NCBI RefSeq assembly: GCF_001194135.2
Contig: NC_068981.1
Coordinates: 146,303,929-146,367,928, forward strand
Reading direction: 5' to 3'
Source: Octopus bimaculoides
Lineage: Eukaryota
DNA length: 64,000 nucleotides
Each line of letters opens with the position of its first letter. Within the stretch, counting starts at the first letter, position 1. Made by a program: the position numbers and the translations under genes. Of the stretch, positions 35,661 to 49,374 are shown one piece after another. The notes below the pieces were generated by a model. The model had not been told where the DNA came from. It ran no database searches and worked only from the letters and a program-made list of their open reading frames with translations.

Positions 35661-37649
35661 TTGTTGTTTAAGCCCTGTGCAGTCTTGAGCAAGAAGTTCA
35701 AATATCGAAAACGTATCTGTCCCATCTTTTGCAAAGGCAACGGCTCTAGAACTACATTACCCAATGAATTCTTCCATTTATGAAGGGTAGAGAGTAGTTT
35801 GATGGATATTTCACTGCTATTCTTAGCAGGTCCAGCGAACCCATAGAGGCTCCCACTTCCACTTACGCAGACGGTATTTGATTGTTGCCGTTCACATCCT
35901 CATTCCAGCCAATGTTGGTGTTGCAATTCATTCTTCAGTAGTCGACAAAATAACAGCTAATTGAATACTTGGGTGATATAATCGATAGTTTCTTATCATC
36001 AAATTCCTGACGTTCTACTAATATTCGAAATAATTATTGCAATTGTTGTTATTGATGATGATGATGATCATCATCATCATCGTTGTCGTTGTCATCATCA
36101 TCATTATCATTTATCAGCATCAGCAGCCTCTTCATCACCATCCTCTTCTTACCACCCGAACATATCTAGTGCAGCTACCACACCATTAGAGCATCACCTT
36201 TGTGCCACAACCACAACCACTATCATTATCATAACCATCAACTTCATCACCCTTATCACCATCATCGTCGTAGCTGCCGTCGTTGTCGTCTATTTTTATC
36301 ATTACCATGAAATATATAATTGTGTGTATAAAAAATTTTGAGCTGACCTGAACAGGTATAAGAATATTTTCCTGCACACACTATCAAACAGTATTAAATC
36401 TAAGACATTGGCTATCGTTGAGATAACAATTGTGGTAATGCTTAAGACAGTCTCCTTAGATATTCCTGTTAGATTCTTTCTAAATCTCACTATGGCTTGA
36501 TCTAAACTTTCATAAGTACTATCATAATCTATGCAAAATCTGCAACTACCTTCATATACACTTATCTAATTAATGAGCAGGATGAACTCTAGTCTTAATT
36601 CGCATGAGAAAGAAATATCAAACTTCTGAACACTCTTGAATAACATGGAAAATTTTCCTTACACCCGCTTCATACTTCAATGGATTTCAAAACCGCAAAT
36701 TTTGTCTCACTGAATAGTTCCAGACATTTAAGCAAACACGGATATTCTTCAACAGGAGATGAGAATTATTACCTAATTGCCAAATGTTTTTATGAAATAT
36801 ATACGTGATATATAGACACTCATACGTACATGCATGTATAGCTTTTTTGTTTTGCTGCAAAATTTTTGATGTGAAATTGTGAAAGCCGTTTTACGTTTGT
36901 AGGGCAATTTTGTCAATATAAATACACGCACTGGTTTTATTTAATTTCCTTTTATTATCATCTGTTAACCGTTTAATTACTCCATCAATTGTAAAATTAA
37001 CCATTTGTACTCCATCAGTTGTATGATTAACCATTTGATCATTCAATTAATTGTTTAGTAAGATTCTCTTACTAATATCGTCTTATTAAGGTTTTCTTTG
37101 TACGAAGATCCTCTTAGTAAGATGATCCTCTTCATACCAATGTTCTACTCTAAAAAGTTTCACACACTCACTCACACTTTTATAATTGAACGCTTTCAGT
37201 ATCAAAACTGGTTTTTCCCGTGATTTTTCCTCCCTCCAGTGGGTTATAACTAAACAACTTATCATCAGGAAGCACTACCTTACTGCTAATAACCTACTTG
37301 GTTAATGTATATCGCAGAAATAAAAATTTATTATCTCTCATAACTAATTTTTTTTCTTTTGAATTTGATTTAAACTATACAGGAGCAACTCACTCAGAAT
37401 TACAATGTTTTCTTGTGACAAGACTTACTTTGGGCCTATTGTAAGGAAATGTGTATATAAATGATTAAATGATAAAATAGAACCCCGGTATATAATTTTA
37501 TTATTATATTGGTTATCGCATTTTCATACTATAAATCAAGAAATAAGAGACTCGTCGTGACGTTCCTGCCTGATTTCATAACAAAAATTAATGATATATA
37601 GGAAGTTAAATTACTTTTAACTGGAAATCCAATCCTCATTATAGTTCCC

Positions 37650-38760
37650 ATTAACCTGGAATTTACATCTTTGTTTCATCACACATGAGGTTTAGATAGG
37701 TGCGATTTACCACCCATGAGGTCTTATGTTTCTAGGCAGGGGAATGTAGTAACGTAAGCGATCATTGTCTTTCTTAAGAATATCAGATAGTATGTGAAAA
37801 CTAAAACATCACCGAAAAATCATTTTAACACAAAATAGTTTTTACATTCACTTCTGTATATTTTTTAAAATAGCACTCATTACTATCAAGTGTCAATAGT
37901 TTTGTTATTGAACATCTGCAACCTCGTCATTAAGGAGAATCGATTAGATACTTCGCAGCAAATGAAGCTCCAAGAATTAAAAATTTACCAAAACGTAAAG
38001 AGTGAATATAACGGTTTATAACAAGACCTATTTACAATCTAGTTGCTAACAGTAATGTAAGAAACTGCCACGCTGGGAAATCGAAACCGTTTTTCAAAAT
38101 CTGTCGAATAGGAAGTTATTTATAGTGGCTATTACTTTACTGCAATGCTGTCAAATGTCTTCCAATAATAATTGTATTTGTATTTTATATGTTATTATCT
38201 TGTTCAATTGAATTGTTTGCTGACATTCTCTTGGTATTTCCCAAAATATTACACTAATCACAAACTAACTGAGGCAATTAGTTATGTGAAAATAGTTACA
38301 AAAACTAAGCAACTAATTTCCCATGCTTTCTTCGTGGCACCAGAAATAGCTTTGTACCAAACATATTTATTTCTAATTTATAATTATTGCAAATTTCGCC
38401 AAAATGTTTCCATTGATTGCACATCAATTTCTTCTGCCATTTGCATGAGGCTTCAATATTATAAGGCATTTATTATGTCACTTTATCATTTCTGTTACAC
38501 ACCCACCTTATATGATATAAACATAGATTTCTTGTATTAGCATAGAGAAACACAGAAAATGACTAGAAATATACTTCTTTTTGACTTGTTTCCTATCCAG
38601 AGGCTTGCTTTACGTTACATTAAGCAAAGATAAGCTAATACTTCAATACAAGTTCATCATGAATACATGCTCATCAAATATTTTGCTTTTCTCCTGTCCT
38701 AAGTGTAGTCTTTCTGTTAGGGACTGGTTTATCATTGTGCTCCCTTTACATTATCAGATT
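37650..38760 (-). mobile_element. Possible highly decayed Gypsy-type integrase remnant
   Basis: Minus-strand peptides KGSTMINQSLTERLHLGQEKSK (resembles the HLG.EK zinc-binding start), ILKKDNDRLRYYIPL and LMGGK (resemble C-terminal integrase motifs); spacing between blocks is larger than expected. Confidence 0.3.
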
Positions 38761-39069
38761 TATTTGTTGTTCTGGAACCTCTATATGGCCGCTCTCGCGC
38801 TAGAAATAGCAGCAATATTTTCATCAAATCATACATGGCCTTCAAACTTAAGCAATTGCACGTTATGTAAAGTAATACTACCTCTCTCTAAAATGGCAGG
38901 ATGGTCTCTCTTTCTCTCTTTCACACACACACATATATGTATGCATCTCTGTGTGTGCGCATATGTATGTATTTATGCATGTATGTATGTATGTATGTAT
39001 GTATGCATGCATGCATATGTGCATATATCTATACTTCGATATATACGTGTGTTTCTATCTCCTGTACAG

Positions 39070-39300
39070 CATGTGATAGTTGTATCACAGTCATGCCAGT
39101 AGTGTCTTTCGTTACCAATCTCCTGTGTAAACATGTCCTGCCATGGAAGAATATCACCTTGCTGGGGCACAGATGAGGGTAGGAGACAGGAAGAACATGC
39201 AGCCGTAGAAAATCTACCTCAGTGACTGCCGTCCGACCCATGTAGTCATGAAGAAGTAAATGTTAAACCGATAATCATTATGACGATGATGATGAACATG
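39070..39300 (+). mobile_element. SINE-like 3' body with an RTE-type motif and (GAT)n tail
   Basis: gagacaggaagaacatgcagccgtagaaaatct resembles the ggaagggcatccggccgtaaaa motif of RTE-related elements (recalled); ends in gacgatgatgat. Confidence 0.5.
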
Positions 39301-39594
39301 AGCATGATGGTCACAAAGGGAATGTCTTTAAATATGGTTTCTGCTCGAACAGACCTAACCCAAGTCTCAAGAATTGTAGCAATTAATTATCCCCGTATAT
39401 TTATCCATTTTATGACGGTAGGGTAGAATTTGAGTATTTCTAATAGAGGATCATCCTGGTAGCATGATATTAAATCTGAAGATCTGATATATTTGAGTAA
39501 CCAAATCTAAGCCCATAAGTCTGTCCAATCAGAGCGCGACCTTAGACTACACCACAAAAATGGCATTAATTAATGATCCCTGGTATAAAATAAG

Positions 39595-39785
39595 CCGTGT
39601 ATGTAAGCATACAATGGCCGAATGGATAAGAAGTTTGCTTCCTAATTATAAGGTTCCAGGTTCAATCCCACTGTGTGGCATCTTAAGAAAATGTCATAGC
39701 CTTGTGTCGACCCATGCCTTGTAAGAGAAATTGTGCAAGCGGAAATTGTATAGAGCCCGCCGAATGTGTTGTACACACAATTCAA
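39595..39785 (+). mobile_element. SINE family A, diverged
   Basis: ataagaagtttgcttcc..ggttccaggttcaatcccactgtgtggcatctt..gcggaaattgtatagagccc. Confidence 0.7.
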
Positions 39786-40269
39786 ATGAAACTCACTATT
39801 CAAATGCAACAGCCTTAGCACATATTGTTATTTTGACAGTGCTTGAGAATCACATTAAGGGGACTCGTGTCTGTGGAATTAACGCTTATACCTTAATTCA
39901 GGAGCAGATAATTCAGCTGATCGAACAGCTGAATCCTTGTCGAACAACAGAGACCTACCACAGCCATCACTATCATATATGCAAGTGCACATGTGCATGC
40001 ATGTAGAAATACCGATATCCCAGAATCACATGCGCCAATGAGCCAAGTATGTTATAAGCACATTGTCACCATAAAAGGGAGAACTTGTTCTCCTGCGACG
40101 TACACACATCGACTAACATACTTCGCGTTCGAATCTGCCGGAACGTATTGAGAATAAATTAGTAAGCCATCATTTATATACATACATACATACATACATA
40201 CATACATACATAAAAGCATACATACATATTATATATGTGTATATATAAACCATACAGTATATATATGGG

Positions 40270-40500
40270 AGAATATACGAAAAAATAACAACAGACGAGG
40301 ACAGGTGGTGTAAATAACAAAAGGATGTATTAGTATGACGCTCGGGAATACGGAAAGTCTTTGACGTTTCGAGCTACGCTCTTCAACAGAAAGAATACGG
40401 AGACAAGGAGAAAAACACGGAGAAAAAAAATTGAATAGTGTCCAGTCAACGGTAAGAAAAGAATGGTAAAGATACGGCTTGCTAAAAATCAAAGCGAAAG
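40270..40500 (-). mobile_element. Non-autonomous repeat (Penelope-like?), same family as 20340-20470
   Basis: gacgaggacaggtg..gtattagtatgacgctcggga..gtctttgacgtttcgagctacgctcttcaacagaaag. Confidence 0.7.
40359..40393 (-). ncRNA. Minimal hammerhead-like motif, A6U core variant, GUC cleavage triplet
   Basis: Minus: CUUU-CUGUUGA-A-GAGC(GUA)GCUC-GAA-ACGU-C-AAAG; helix I 4-5 bp, helix II 4 bp, palindromic ACGU helix III. Confidence 0.55.
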
Positions 40501-42198
40501 CTTCAAGAAACCACCAGTTCTACGATGAATACACACACGAGAAATGTAATGAATATTTTTAAAAATAGGCCTACCTTCAGGATGGAATATGGGGTATGTA
40601 TTAGCTGCCTTCATATTTCATCCTGAAGNNNNNNNNNNNNNNNNNNNNNNNNNNNNNNNNNNNNNNNNNNNNNNNNNNNNNNNNNNNNNNNNNNNNNNNN
40701 NNNNNNNNNNNNNNNNNNNNNNNNNNNNNNNNNNNNNNNNNNNNNNNNNNNNNNNNNNNNNNNNNNNNNNNNNNNNNNNNNNNNNNNNNNNNNNNNNNNN
40801 NNNNNNNNNNNNNNNNNNNNNNNNNNNNNNNNNNNNNNNNNNNNNNNNNNNNNNNNNNNNNNNNNNNNNNNNNNNNNNNNNNNNNNNNNNNNNNNNNNNN
40901 NNNNNNNNNNNNNNNNNNNNNNNNNNNNNNNNNNNNNNNNNNNNNNNNNNNNNNNNNNNNNNNNNNNNNNNNNNNNNNNNNNNNNNNNNNNNNNNNNNNN
41001 NNNNNNNNNNNNNNNNNNNNNNNNNNNNNNNNNNNNNNNNNNNNNNNNNNNNNNNNNNNNNNNNNNNNNNNNNNNNNNNNNNNNNNNNNNNNNNNNNNNN
41101 NNNNNNNNNNNNNNNNNNNNNNNNNNNNNNNNNNNNNNNNNNNNNNNNNNNNNNNNNNNNNNNNNNNNNNNNNNNNNNNNNNNNNNNNNNNNNNNNNNNN
41201 NNNNNNNNNNNNNNNNNNNNNNNNNNNNNNNNNNNNNNNNNNNNNNNNNNNNNNNNNNNNNNNNNNNNNNNNNNNNNNNNNNNNNNNNNNNNNNNNNNNN
41301 NNNNNNNNNNNNNNNNNNNNNNNNNNNNNNNNNNNNNNNNNNNNNNNNNNNNNNNNNNNNNNNNNNNNNNNNNNNNNNNNNNNNNNNNNNNNNNNNNNNN
41401 NNNNNNNNNNNNNNNNNNNNNNNNNNNNNNNNNNNNNNNNNNNNNNNNNNNNNNNNNNNNNNNNNNNNNNNNNNNNNNNNNNNNNNNNNNNNNNNNNNNN
41501 NNNNNNNNNNNNNNNNNNNNNNNNNNNNNNNNNNNNNNNNNNNNNNCACTGCACCAGAAACGTATCTCTGTCAGGCTAAGCTGGAATAATTCAGATCCAT
41601 TGATTTATCAAAAATTGCCAAATTGCAACTGCTGAAAGAATTATTATTCGTTTGATAGTTTCAGTTATTAGATTGCGGTCATGCTGGAGCATCGCCTTCA
41701 ACAGTTTTACTCAATCATATCTAGTATTGTTTCATCGACTAGCTAAGCATCAAATTTTGGACATAATGTGATCTAAATACATACAGTGATTAATAGCGGT
41801 ATAAACAAAAATAGACAAACATGCTTACAAACAACCATGCACACATACACAGACAACGCATACATGTACTTATACGTCAGTGATAGTTCAGCTTACTTAA
41901 AGTTACATATCCTTAGGGCAGTCATTTGAATTCAGCATCAGATAAAACATAGTTAATACAGAAGAGTAACAAAATATTCGATAGTAAGTCAGAAACTGCA
42001 TTCTTGTCTCATGATCATCTAAAGGATACCCTAATATTATGATTCGTTAAGAAACAAGAAAAATAAAACTGTAAGCTGAACTATAATTAACGCGTTAAAT
42101 ATTTACTCCGTCATCGTTTTTAGCTCTCTATTACTTTGTTCGTAGTTTCACCGTGTGTGTTATGAATTTAAATACATACACACACTAATAATATATGC

Positions 42199-42199
<1 letters not shown>

Positions 42200-42269
<70 letters not shown>

Positions 42270-42735
42270 TGTGTGTACATGTGCGTGTGTGTGCGTGTGT
42301 TTCTGTGTTGGGGGCGTGCGTCTGTGTGTGTGCGTGTATGAACTCACATACAAATACACTACCAATCATATGAATGCAGTTTTCTGGTTAGTTAAAGATT
42401 CATATCATTAAAGTATTTTTCAGATTATCATCAGATGAGAATGCAGCTTCATTACTGCTGACTTATCATCGAATATTTTGTTTCTCTTCGCTATTAACTA
42501 TATTCTTTCTAATAATGACTAGTGCACCACTGTGCTTTGATGCCGAATTCTCGTCAGATGACTATCCTAACTATATGAAACTTTAAGCTGAACTCTCATC
42601 GACGTATATGTGTGTAGGTGTGCGCTCGTAGTGTGTGCATGTATGTGTATGTACTTGTGTATGTGTGTTGTGTGTGTGAGTGTCTGTGAGTTTGTTTGTG
42701 TGCATGTGTGTGTGTGTGTGTGTGTATGTGTGTGA
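42200..42735. repeat. (GT)n tracts (42200-42340 and 42600-42735)
   Basis: Direct reading. Confidence 0.9.
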
Positions 42736-43369
42736 ACGCATCTCTGTTCATCCTGCTATAAATCACTGTCTAGTTAGGTCATTTTACGTTAACAAACAGG
42801 TGACGATTAGTCATTCGCTAAACTAAGTACCGGACTGGAATATCTACTAAGGTTGATTTGATTGAGTAAAACCGCTAAAGGCGATGCTCCAGTATGACCG
42901 TAATCATAACTGAAACTATTAAAAGAATAAGAACTCTGTCAGCAGTTGTAACTCGACAATTCTCTGTAAATCGATACATGTAAATTATTCTAACTTGGCC
43001 CTGCAACACTTTAAACTAATTGAGATATGTCTAACGGAGTAATTTTATTCATAGCTAGTTCTGCTCAAAGCCAAAAGAAACAAATAGGTGTCTTATCCAA
43101 GGAGTCAAAGCAGTGCATTAAGCGAAATATGAATTCTAGCTCTATGAATCAATTGCTTTGGCCTTAATCTATGAAATATTTCACATACCACAGTAGAGAC
43201 ATCATATCAAAACTCATTTTAGAAGTTTCTAGATTGAACTGATTATAGTATTTCCTAATAGATATGATTTACATTCTAAATTTTATTATAATTTTATTGA
43301 TGTGTTCATAAACTAAGCATGTAAGACATTCCAGATTTTCGGAATTAAATTTCTGTTTTTCTCCATAAT

Positions 43370-43720
43370 GACAGAAACGTTAAGATATTTCTTCTGGTTC
43401 TTTACGTTCTGAGTTCAAAATACCGCAGGGTTCAGCTTCGCTTTCTGTTACATCTCAACGCTACTGCTATTTCGCACCTTCGGATGATCTCTACTCAACC
43501 GCCATACAACTGCTACTCGACTGCTACTCAGCACTCCTACCACGGTCAGACTACCTCTATTTATATGTCTTGGGAGATCCTACTTCTTCGCCTGTGGACG
43601 TCGACACAACACTTTCCATCTTCGCTTTCCTGCATCGATAAAATAAAGTACCAGTCAAGTACTGGAGTAGAGGTAATGCTATTGACTAGCTACTGCATTC
43701 AGAATTTATGGTCGTGCGCT
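43370..43720 (+). mobile_element. SINE family C copy split by a solo LTR
   Basis: 5' part ..ctgagttcaaaa..cttcgctttc, 3' part ..tcgataaaataaagtaccagtcaagtactgg. Confidence 0.7.
43446..43611 (-). mobile_element. Solo LTR, 166 bp, TGTT...AACA termini, 5-bp TSD CTTTC
   Basis: ctttc|TGTTACATC...GACACAACA|ctttc; TATAAATAG on the minus strand at about 43558-43566; GC-richer than its flanks. Confidence 0.75.
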
Positions 43721-43753
43721 TATATCAAAAACAAAAAAACTACTATTATTATT

Positions 43754-43975
43754 GAAGGCGGCGAACTGGCAGAATCGTTAGCGCGTCGGACGGACAAAAT
43801 GCTTAGCGGCATTTCGTCCGTCTTTTCGTTCTGAGTTCATATTTCGCCGAGATTGACTTTACCTTTCATCCTTTCGGGATTGATAAAATAAGTCCCAGTC
43901 AAGTGTTGGGGGATTGTGCAATCGACTAGCGCCCGACCCAAAATTTCAGACTTGTACCTATAGTAGAAAGAATTA
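43754..43975 (+). mobile_element. SINE family C
   Basis: aaggcggcgaactggcagaatcgttagc..agtagaaagaattatt. Confidence 0.88.
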
Positions 43976-46205
43976 TTATCGATGTGGTTGTTGCAATTCC
44001 TGTTGATAACTAGTACAAATCAACGAAGTAGATTCTTGGTGATCGGTCGAAATGCTTGAAAAAAAAAAAACAACTCAGCTCAATTCCCATTAAACCCTAC
44101 CATAGTATTCTATACAAGAACGGATACAATTTGGATAATAGTCCCGGCAAATTAACATTTTTTCAATGATTTTGTCTGGAAATGGATGTGTCCACGGCAT
44201 TTGCAGGCCATCTGAGGCTAGTAAGATTAATACTGCTAACAATTCTGATAAATATTTGGGAGTCGAAGACTCCAGGAAAAAACGTTTGCTGGGTTGACGA
44301 TTTGGGAGGGAAGAGTTGATTTTGATCAGTTCCATATCAGCCTTGATCGGGCAGTCGTATGGTCAAAGACCTTTCATATCATTCCGTATTTTGTTATCTA
44401 TTACTTATTTTTGCGTATCTAAAACTGCGTTGTCTGATTTGTCCTTAAAAAAAAGCAGTAGACTTTGATTAAAGAGAATTTGGCTGTTATATTCAGTAGG
44501 TCGAATGATGCACAAAAGCTCTCTCCCATTCGCCCTTAAACTTTGTAGCGTATGGAGATGATGAGGCTCTATGACATTCGTACCTTCTCAAATGCAATTA
44601 CGGCATGAATGAAGTGATACCACTACTGTAGGGATTTGAAACCGAACTGTTGAATCGGTTTGTTTATAAATAACACCTCATGTAACTTATATCAGTTCTC
44701 TATATTGATGACAGATAGCTGAAATGGATGTATTGATTTCATATTGCAACGTTTCTGCTAATTAGGTTTAAAACTGGATAGATTAGTCATATGTAACATG
44801 AAGAACATAGACGAAGTGAGAAATAGTAGAAATATTAAAAAAATAGAGGAGGAAGTGGGAGAAAGACGGAGAGACTGAAGGAAAAGCATAAGCGGGGAAT
44901 AACTTATTTTAAGATAATTGCAATATCAAATCAAGCAGTGTAATCATAATTCTACGGATACTAATGTAATTTGATTTATTCAGTAGAAATCTGCGACATT
45001 CCATTGGAATCAAACAAAAATACCTTAAAAGAGAGAGAAAAAAATTTGTAAAATAGGCTTTAACCCTTTGAAATCCCCTACCTCTCTCTATTAGCTTTTA
45101 GCTACTGAGACAAACCAACAAAACAGTCCTTACGTGTTTGCTCGACATGTTTGAAGAACTGTCAAATATCCCTCAAATGTTACCCAACTGTCTTACGAAG
45201 GGACACTGTGAAAAAGAACATGTAGAATATCTTTGATCAAGAATACCAGCTCGATCAAGAATGACCTGGGGCAAGAAAAAATAGCAACAGTTACAACTTA
45301 TATGCTCATTCTGTATCAAACATTACCGAAATTGCTTTATCATTTAAATTTCTCTTGAAATATTATTGGTTGTGTAATTATTTAAACAACAATATAGTCA
45401 CCGTAGCCATTATTAATCATTGTTAGAGGGAAATCTGTACGTGGTCGGTTAAAACCTAAAAATAACAATAAAATCTCTCTTAGATCCCATTCCACTCGTC
45501 TTAGAAAAAGGAGATACATGTTGGTTAATGTTGACTTGGATATACAAAAAAAGTATGAATGGTCAAGGTTAGAAAATTTTTACCATACCTCTGCAATGAA
45601 GGTTAATTTGTGACTAAACAACAACATTAAGAATAAAACCCCCACTAAATTACTTCTGAAACTAGACATACCATCTTTTTATTGACTGCTTTAACAATAC
45701 TTTTCTGGTCATTCGGGAGATGATAAAGTTAAGTGCTTTTCCAAGGAAACAGCACAGTATAAAAACAAAATATATATGAAATCAGTATTACCAACGTCTA
45801 GAAAGTTGTTTGAGAGTAATTATCGTTTTGTAACACGATAGGGAGTCGTTTATTAACGTTCGTATTTATTTTCAATAACAAAATAAAGCTTCACATCCAT
45901 TTTGTTTGGTACAATAAATTCTTTCAAATGTGAATCGGTTGCTTTATTCACTTTTAAAGAATGGAAAAATGAATTAATGTCAATCAATAAGAATAATTTT
46001 AAAACGTTTAAACATAGAATAACTTAGCAGCACAGTTATGTGTGAATATTTTAACTGAAATATCAAGGGAATTTTATAGTAAAAAAAAAAAAATTCAGAA
46101 TAGAAATATATTTAGTTTCTGCATTGTATGTATGTATGTATGTATGTATGTATGTATGTATGTATGTATGTATGTATGTATGCATGCTTATATGTATGTA
46201 TGTAC

Positions 46206-46240
<35 letters not shown>

Positions 46241-47094
46241 AATTTTCATATATATATATATATATATATATATGAAACTAGCGATATCATTTACAAAGTG
46301 CACATTCATCTGCAGTGTGCAGCAAATCAAAATATGCACATAAGAAGTCTAATCTCATCTACATTTCTGCCCAGATTGCCGGGCGATTATCAAAGATTAT
46401 ATTTCCCGAAAATACTTAACGAAATTTTTTTCCACTCAGAAATTCATTATGTATTTTACATTATTGATTCAACAGAACAACGTTAAATTATACGTAATGC
46501 GATATCAATTGTAAAATATTGTGAACATTAGCTTTTCTTATGTAAATCAAAAGCTTTCTAAAAATACAAATTAGTAAATAAATTCATATGCATTTGAAAA
46601 GATCTCACTTTAATATTTATCTTCGGTTAGATTGTTAGATAGTATCATGTGTTCCCAGAATTTTAGAACCAGTTAAACACACAGACACACACCACACACA
46701 CACACACTCATATATATATATACATACACACACACAAAAACACACATACACACAAACACATATACATATATACATATATATATTATTGTGTGTCTATGTG
46801 TGTATATGCAAATATTTGTTTCTCTGCGTTGTTATTTAAACGAAGTCTAACATTAAGTCGAAGGATCACTCAATAGTTTTCAGGAGGGTAACATAATTTA
46901 TTTTTACAATGAAATTTCAAGTAGTGAGCCAATTCACAAACGGCTCTTTCACATTATGAGTAAGTATGCGCCTCCACAATTATAAATTCTAATATTCTTA
47001 TCACGGAACTTCCTTTCTACGTACGGTATTGTATCGTTTTCGGGGCATTACATCATATTTCATAGGTAGATAATAACATGATATTATTTTCGGA

Positions 47095-47537
47095 CAGTGG
47101 TTTACAATTGTCGACCACATTTTTCGGTGCTTTGCAACGATAGAATCTTTTTGTATGGAGACTAACACTTATCAAAAGAACTGGAATCCAGAATATATGA
47201 AACTTACACCAGAATGTTAGGATTAGTCTTAAACGTATCTTGAAGGACTTATCCTGTCAAAAAACAGCTGTATAGAAATCTTCTGTCTGTTTCCGCCATT
47301 ACAAGGTAAAGGCGCTTGGGCTTTGCAGGACATTGCTGACGAGCTGAACAAGACCTGGCAAGTGGCCTACAGCTATGGATGCCAAAGTATGGCCGTATTC
47401 GAGCACGTCGTCTGAATACAGCGTTTGCAGATCAACTCACCAGAGCTACTGCATGCCTCCACGAAGACTTCCAACTAATGGATGACTCGTGTGGGTTAAA
47501 AATGTCTGAGTAAGTTCCATCAGATGTTGATGATGAT
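47095..47537 (+). mobile_element. Decayed RTE-clade-like LINE 3' end
   Basis: Peptides TYTRMLGLVLNVS, QLYRNL..RRLGFAGHC, LWMPKYG..FADQL; ends in a gatgttgatgatgat tail. Confidence 0.7.
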
Positions 47538-49374
47538 TTCCCCAGATTCTGCACCACAGTTATCACATCTTGTTATACTACTTGTATCTAGATTCTTTAT
47601 TTTTTTATTCTTGTACGTCAAGTATTCTCTTGCCTCCCGTTCCTAGATTACATAAGCATGCAATAACGTAGGTACGATGTGGTCTCCTCTAGACGATGCC
47701 TTTATGGGAACAGCACTTTTGAGTTTGCGGCATATGTTTGTATAGGCTTATTGGGCCGGGTGGGGCGGCAAATTCAAGGCCACCCTGGGTTGCACACATT
47801 CGAGCTATGTCACTGAGTACCTATCCTTCAAATTTAGAGATAATAAAATAGTTGTGAGCCCAAGGCTCTCGACATAGGTTATCTGTGTTACTGTCACCCT
47901 TGAAGCTTTCGGACAATATAGCCATACATGACCGTCTACTCATTGCAGAAGGCCTTTCTTCAAAAGAGTACGTGAGTACAATATCATTTTTTAAAAATCC
48001 TTCCATAGAAAAGGAACGAGGATTTTTTTTTAAATAGAAACAGAATCAAAGCTACATTGCTAAGTTTTCGATTACAACAACGGTGAAAAGTTACATTTTG
48101 AATCTCACGAAAGCTTTACATATTTCTGTAAGCTTGCAGGTTTCGTTTGCTAAGTATGTATTAGCTTATCACTGTGTCAGAAAACTCCATATTTTTGATA
48201 TTATCACTGTTATGTTGAGAGAACATATGTATATAAATAGGGCGGTCGATGATAGAATTATCACAACGTCAGACAATATCCTGCGGCATTTATCCCATCT
48301 TTTTATGCACTGCCTTAAAATCTCGCCAAAGTCAACTTTTCCTTTGGTTTTTCCAATATCGAAAGAAATTTACAAATCCCAATCAAAGCAATTCATCGTA
48401 GTCTTCAACTTCTTTCTAACAACTCTTGCGGCAGAACTGGTGCTATGCTGCATCAGCCGTTGCTCTTCGATTGATCAACGTCACTGAAGTGAAGAGGAGA
48501 GGCTTACTGTATGGATAACTGCTACTGTCCAACGCAACCTTATCCAAACTGCTACCCTGGAGAAGAGACTTAATTGTCGTTTCATATGTATACATATATG
48601 TATATATGCATGTATGTACATATGCACATATGTATATATGCATTATGTATACATGAATGCACGCAAACGTGTGTATGACTACACAAATACATCTATTCAT
48701 GCATGAATGCGTGTATGTCTGTCATTGTTCAGCTTTATTTCAAGATTTCAACATCAACAACAGAATATTTTTGTTTGTAAGTATGTATGTAGGATCTATT
48801 CCATTTGACGGACAGACTTTTTAATTAATATTTTTTTAAGTAAACACTTTTTCTAGCAGGTCATGCCACCACATACAGGCTCCGTCGTTGGTCTGTCTCA
48901 TCAATAATTTTGTCGTTATTTAGCCTCAAATTAACCCGGATACAGCAAATCTATGTTACTATAAAATCATCTCTGGTTATTAAAGAAGGGTTTTGTTAGG
49001 GGAGTGGACCAGGAAGTTGTTGTTCGCAAACAGCAGCAGTAATTTTCTTCAGCTGAATACACGTCATTGATTGGTTAAAATTACCCAAATACAACTTTAA
49101 CACGAAATAACTTTTAAATACAAAATTTTGTCAAAAACGTTAAGAGTAGACCTTGTTCTATGTGACACATTCTACCAGTATCCGAAGTTTTAAAGTGTTA
49201 AGTAAAAAAAAAATTAATTTAAAAATCAGGCCATCAAATTAAAAAGATTGTATGGATGGATGGATGGATGGATATGTGTAGATTTGTATGTTTTGCTTTA
49301 TGTATGTATTCTCATGCATATAGTTGCATATATAGATATGCTCATATATATTTAAATGATAAACTTCTGGAAAG

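Noticed and set aside
44140-44330. Possible RTE 3' coding relic (FAGHL..CWVDDL)
   Set aside because: Only two short motifs; chance similarity cannot be excluded without a translated search
48380-48503. Strong minus-strand acceptor-like site (cctctcctcttcacttcag) followed by a short frame
   Set aside because: All frames stop within 10-40 codons and no protein family is recognised; it could be a UTR exon but this is unsupported
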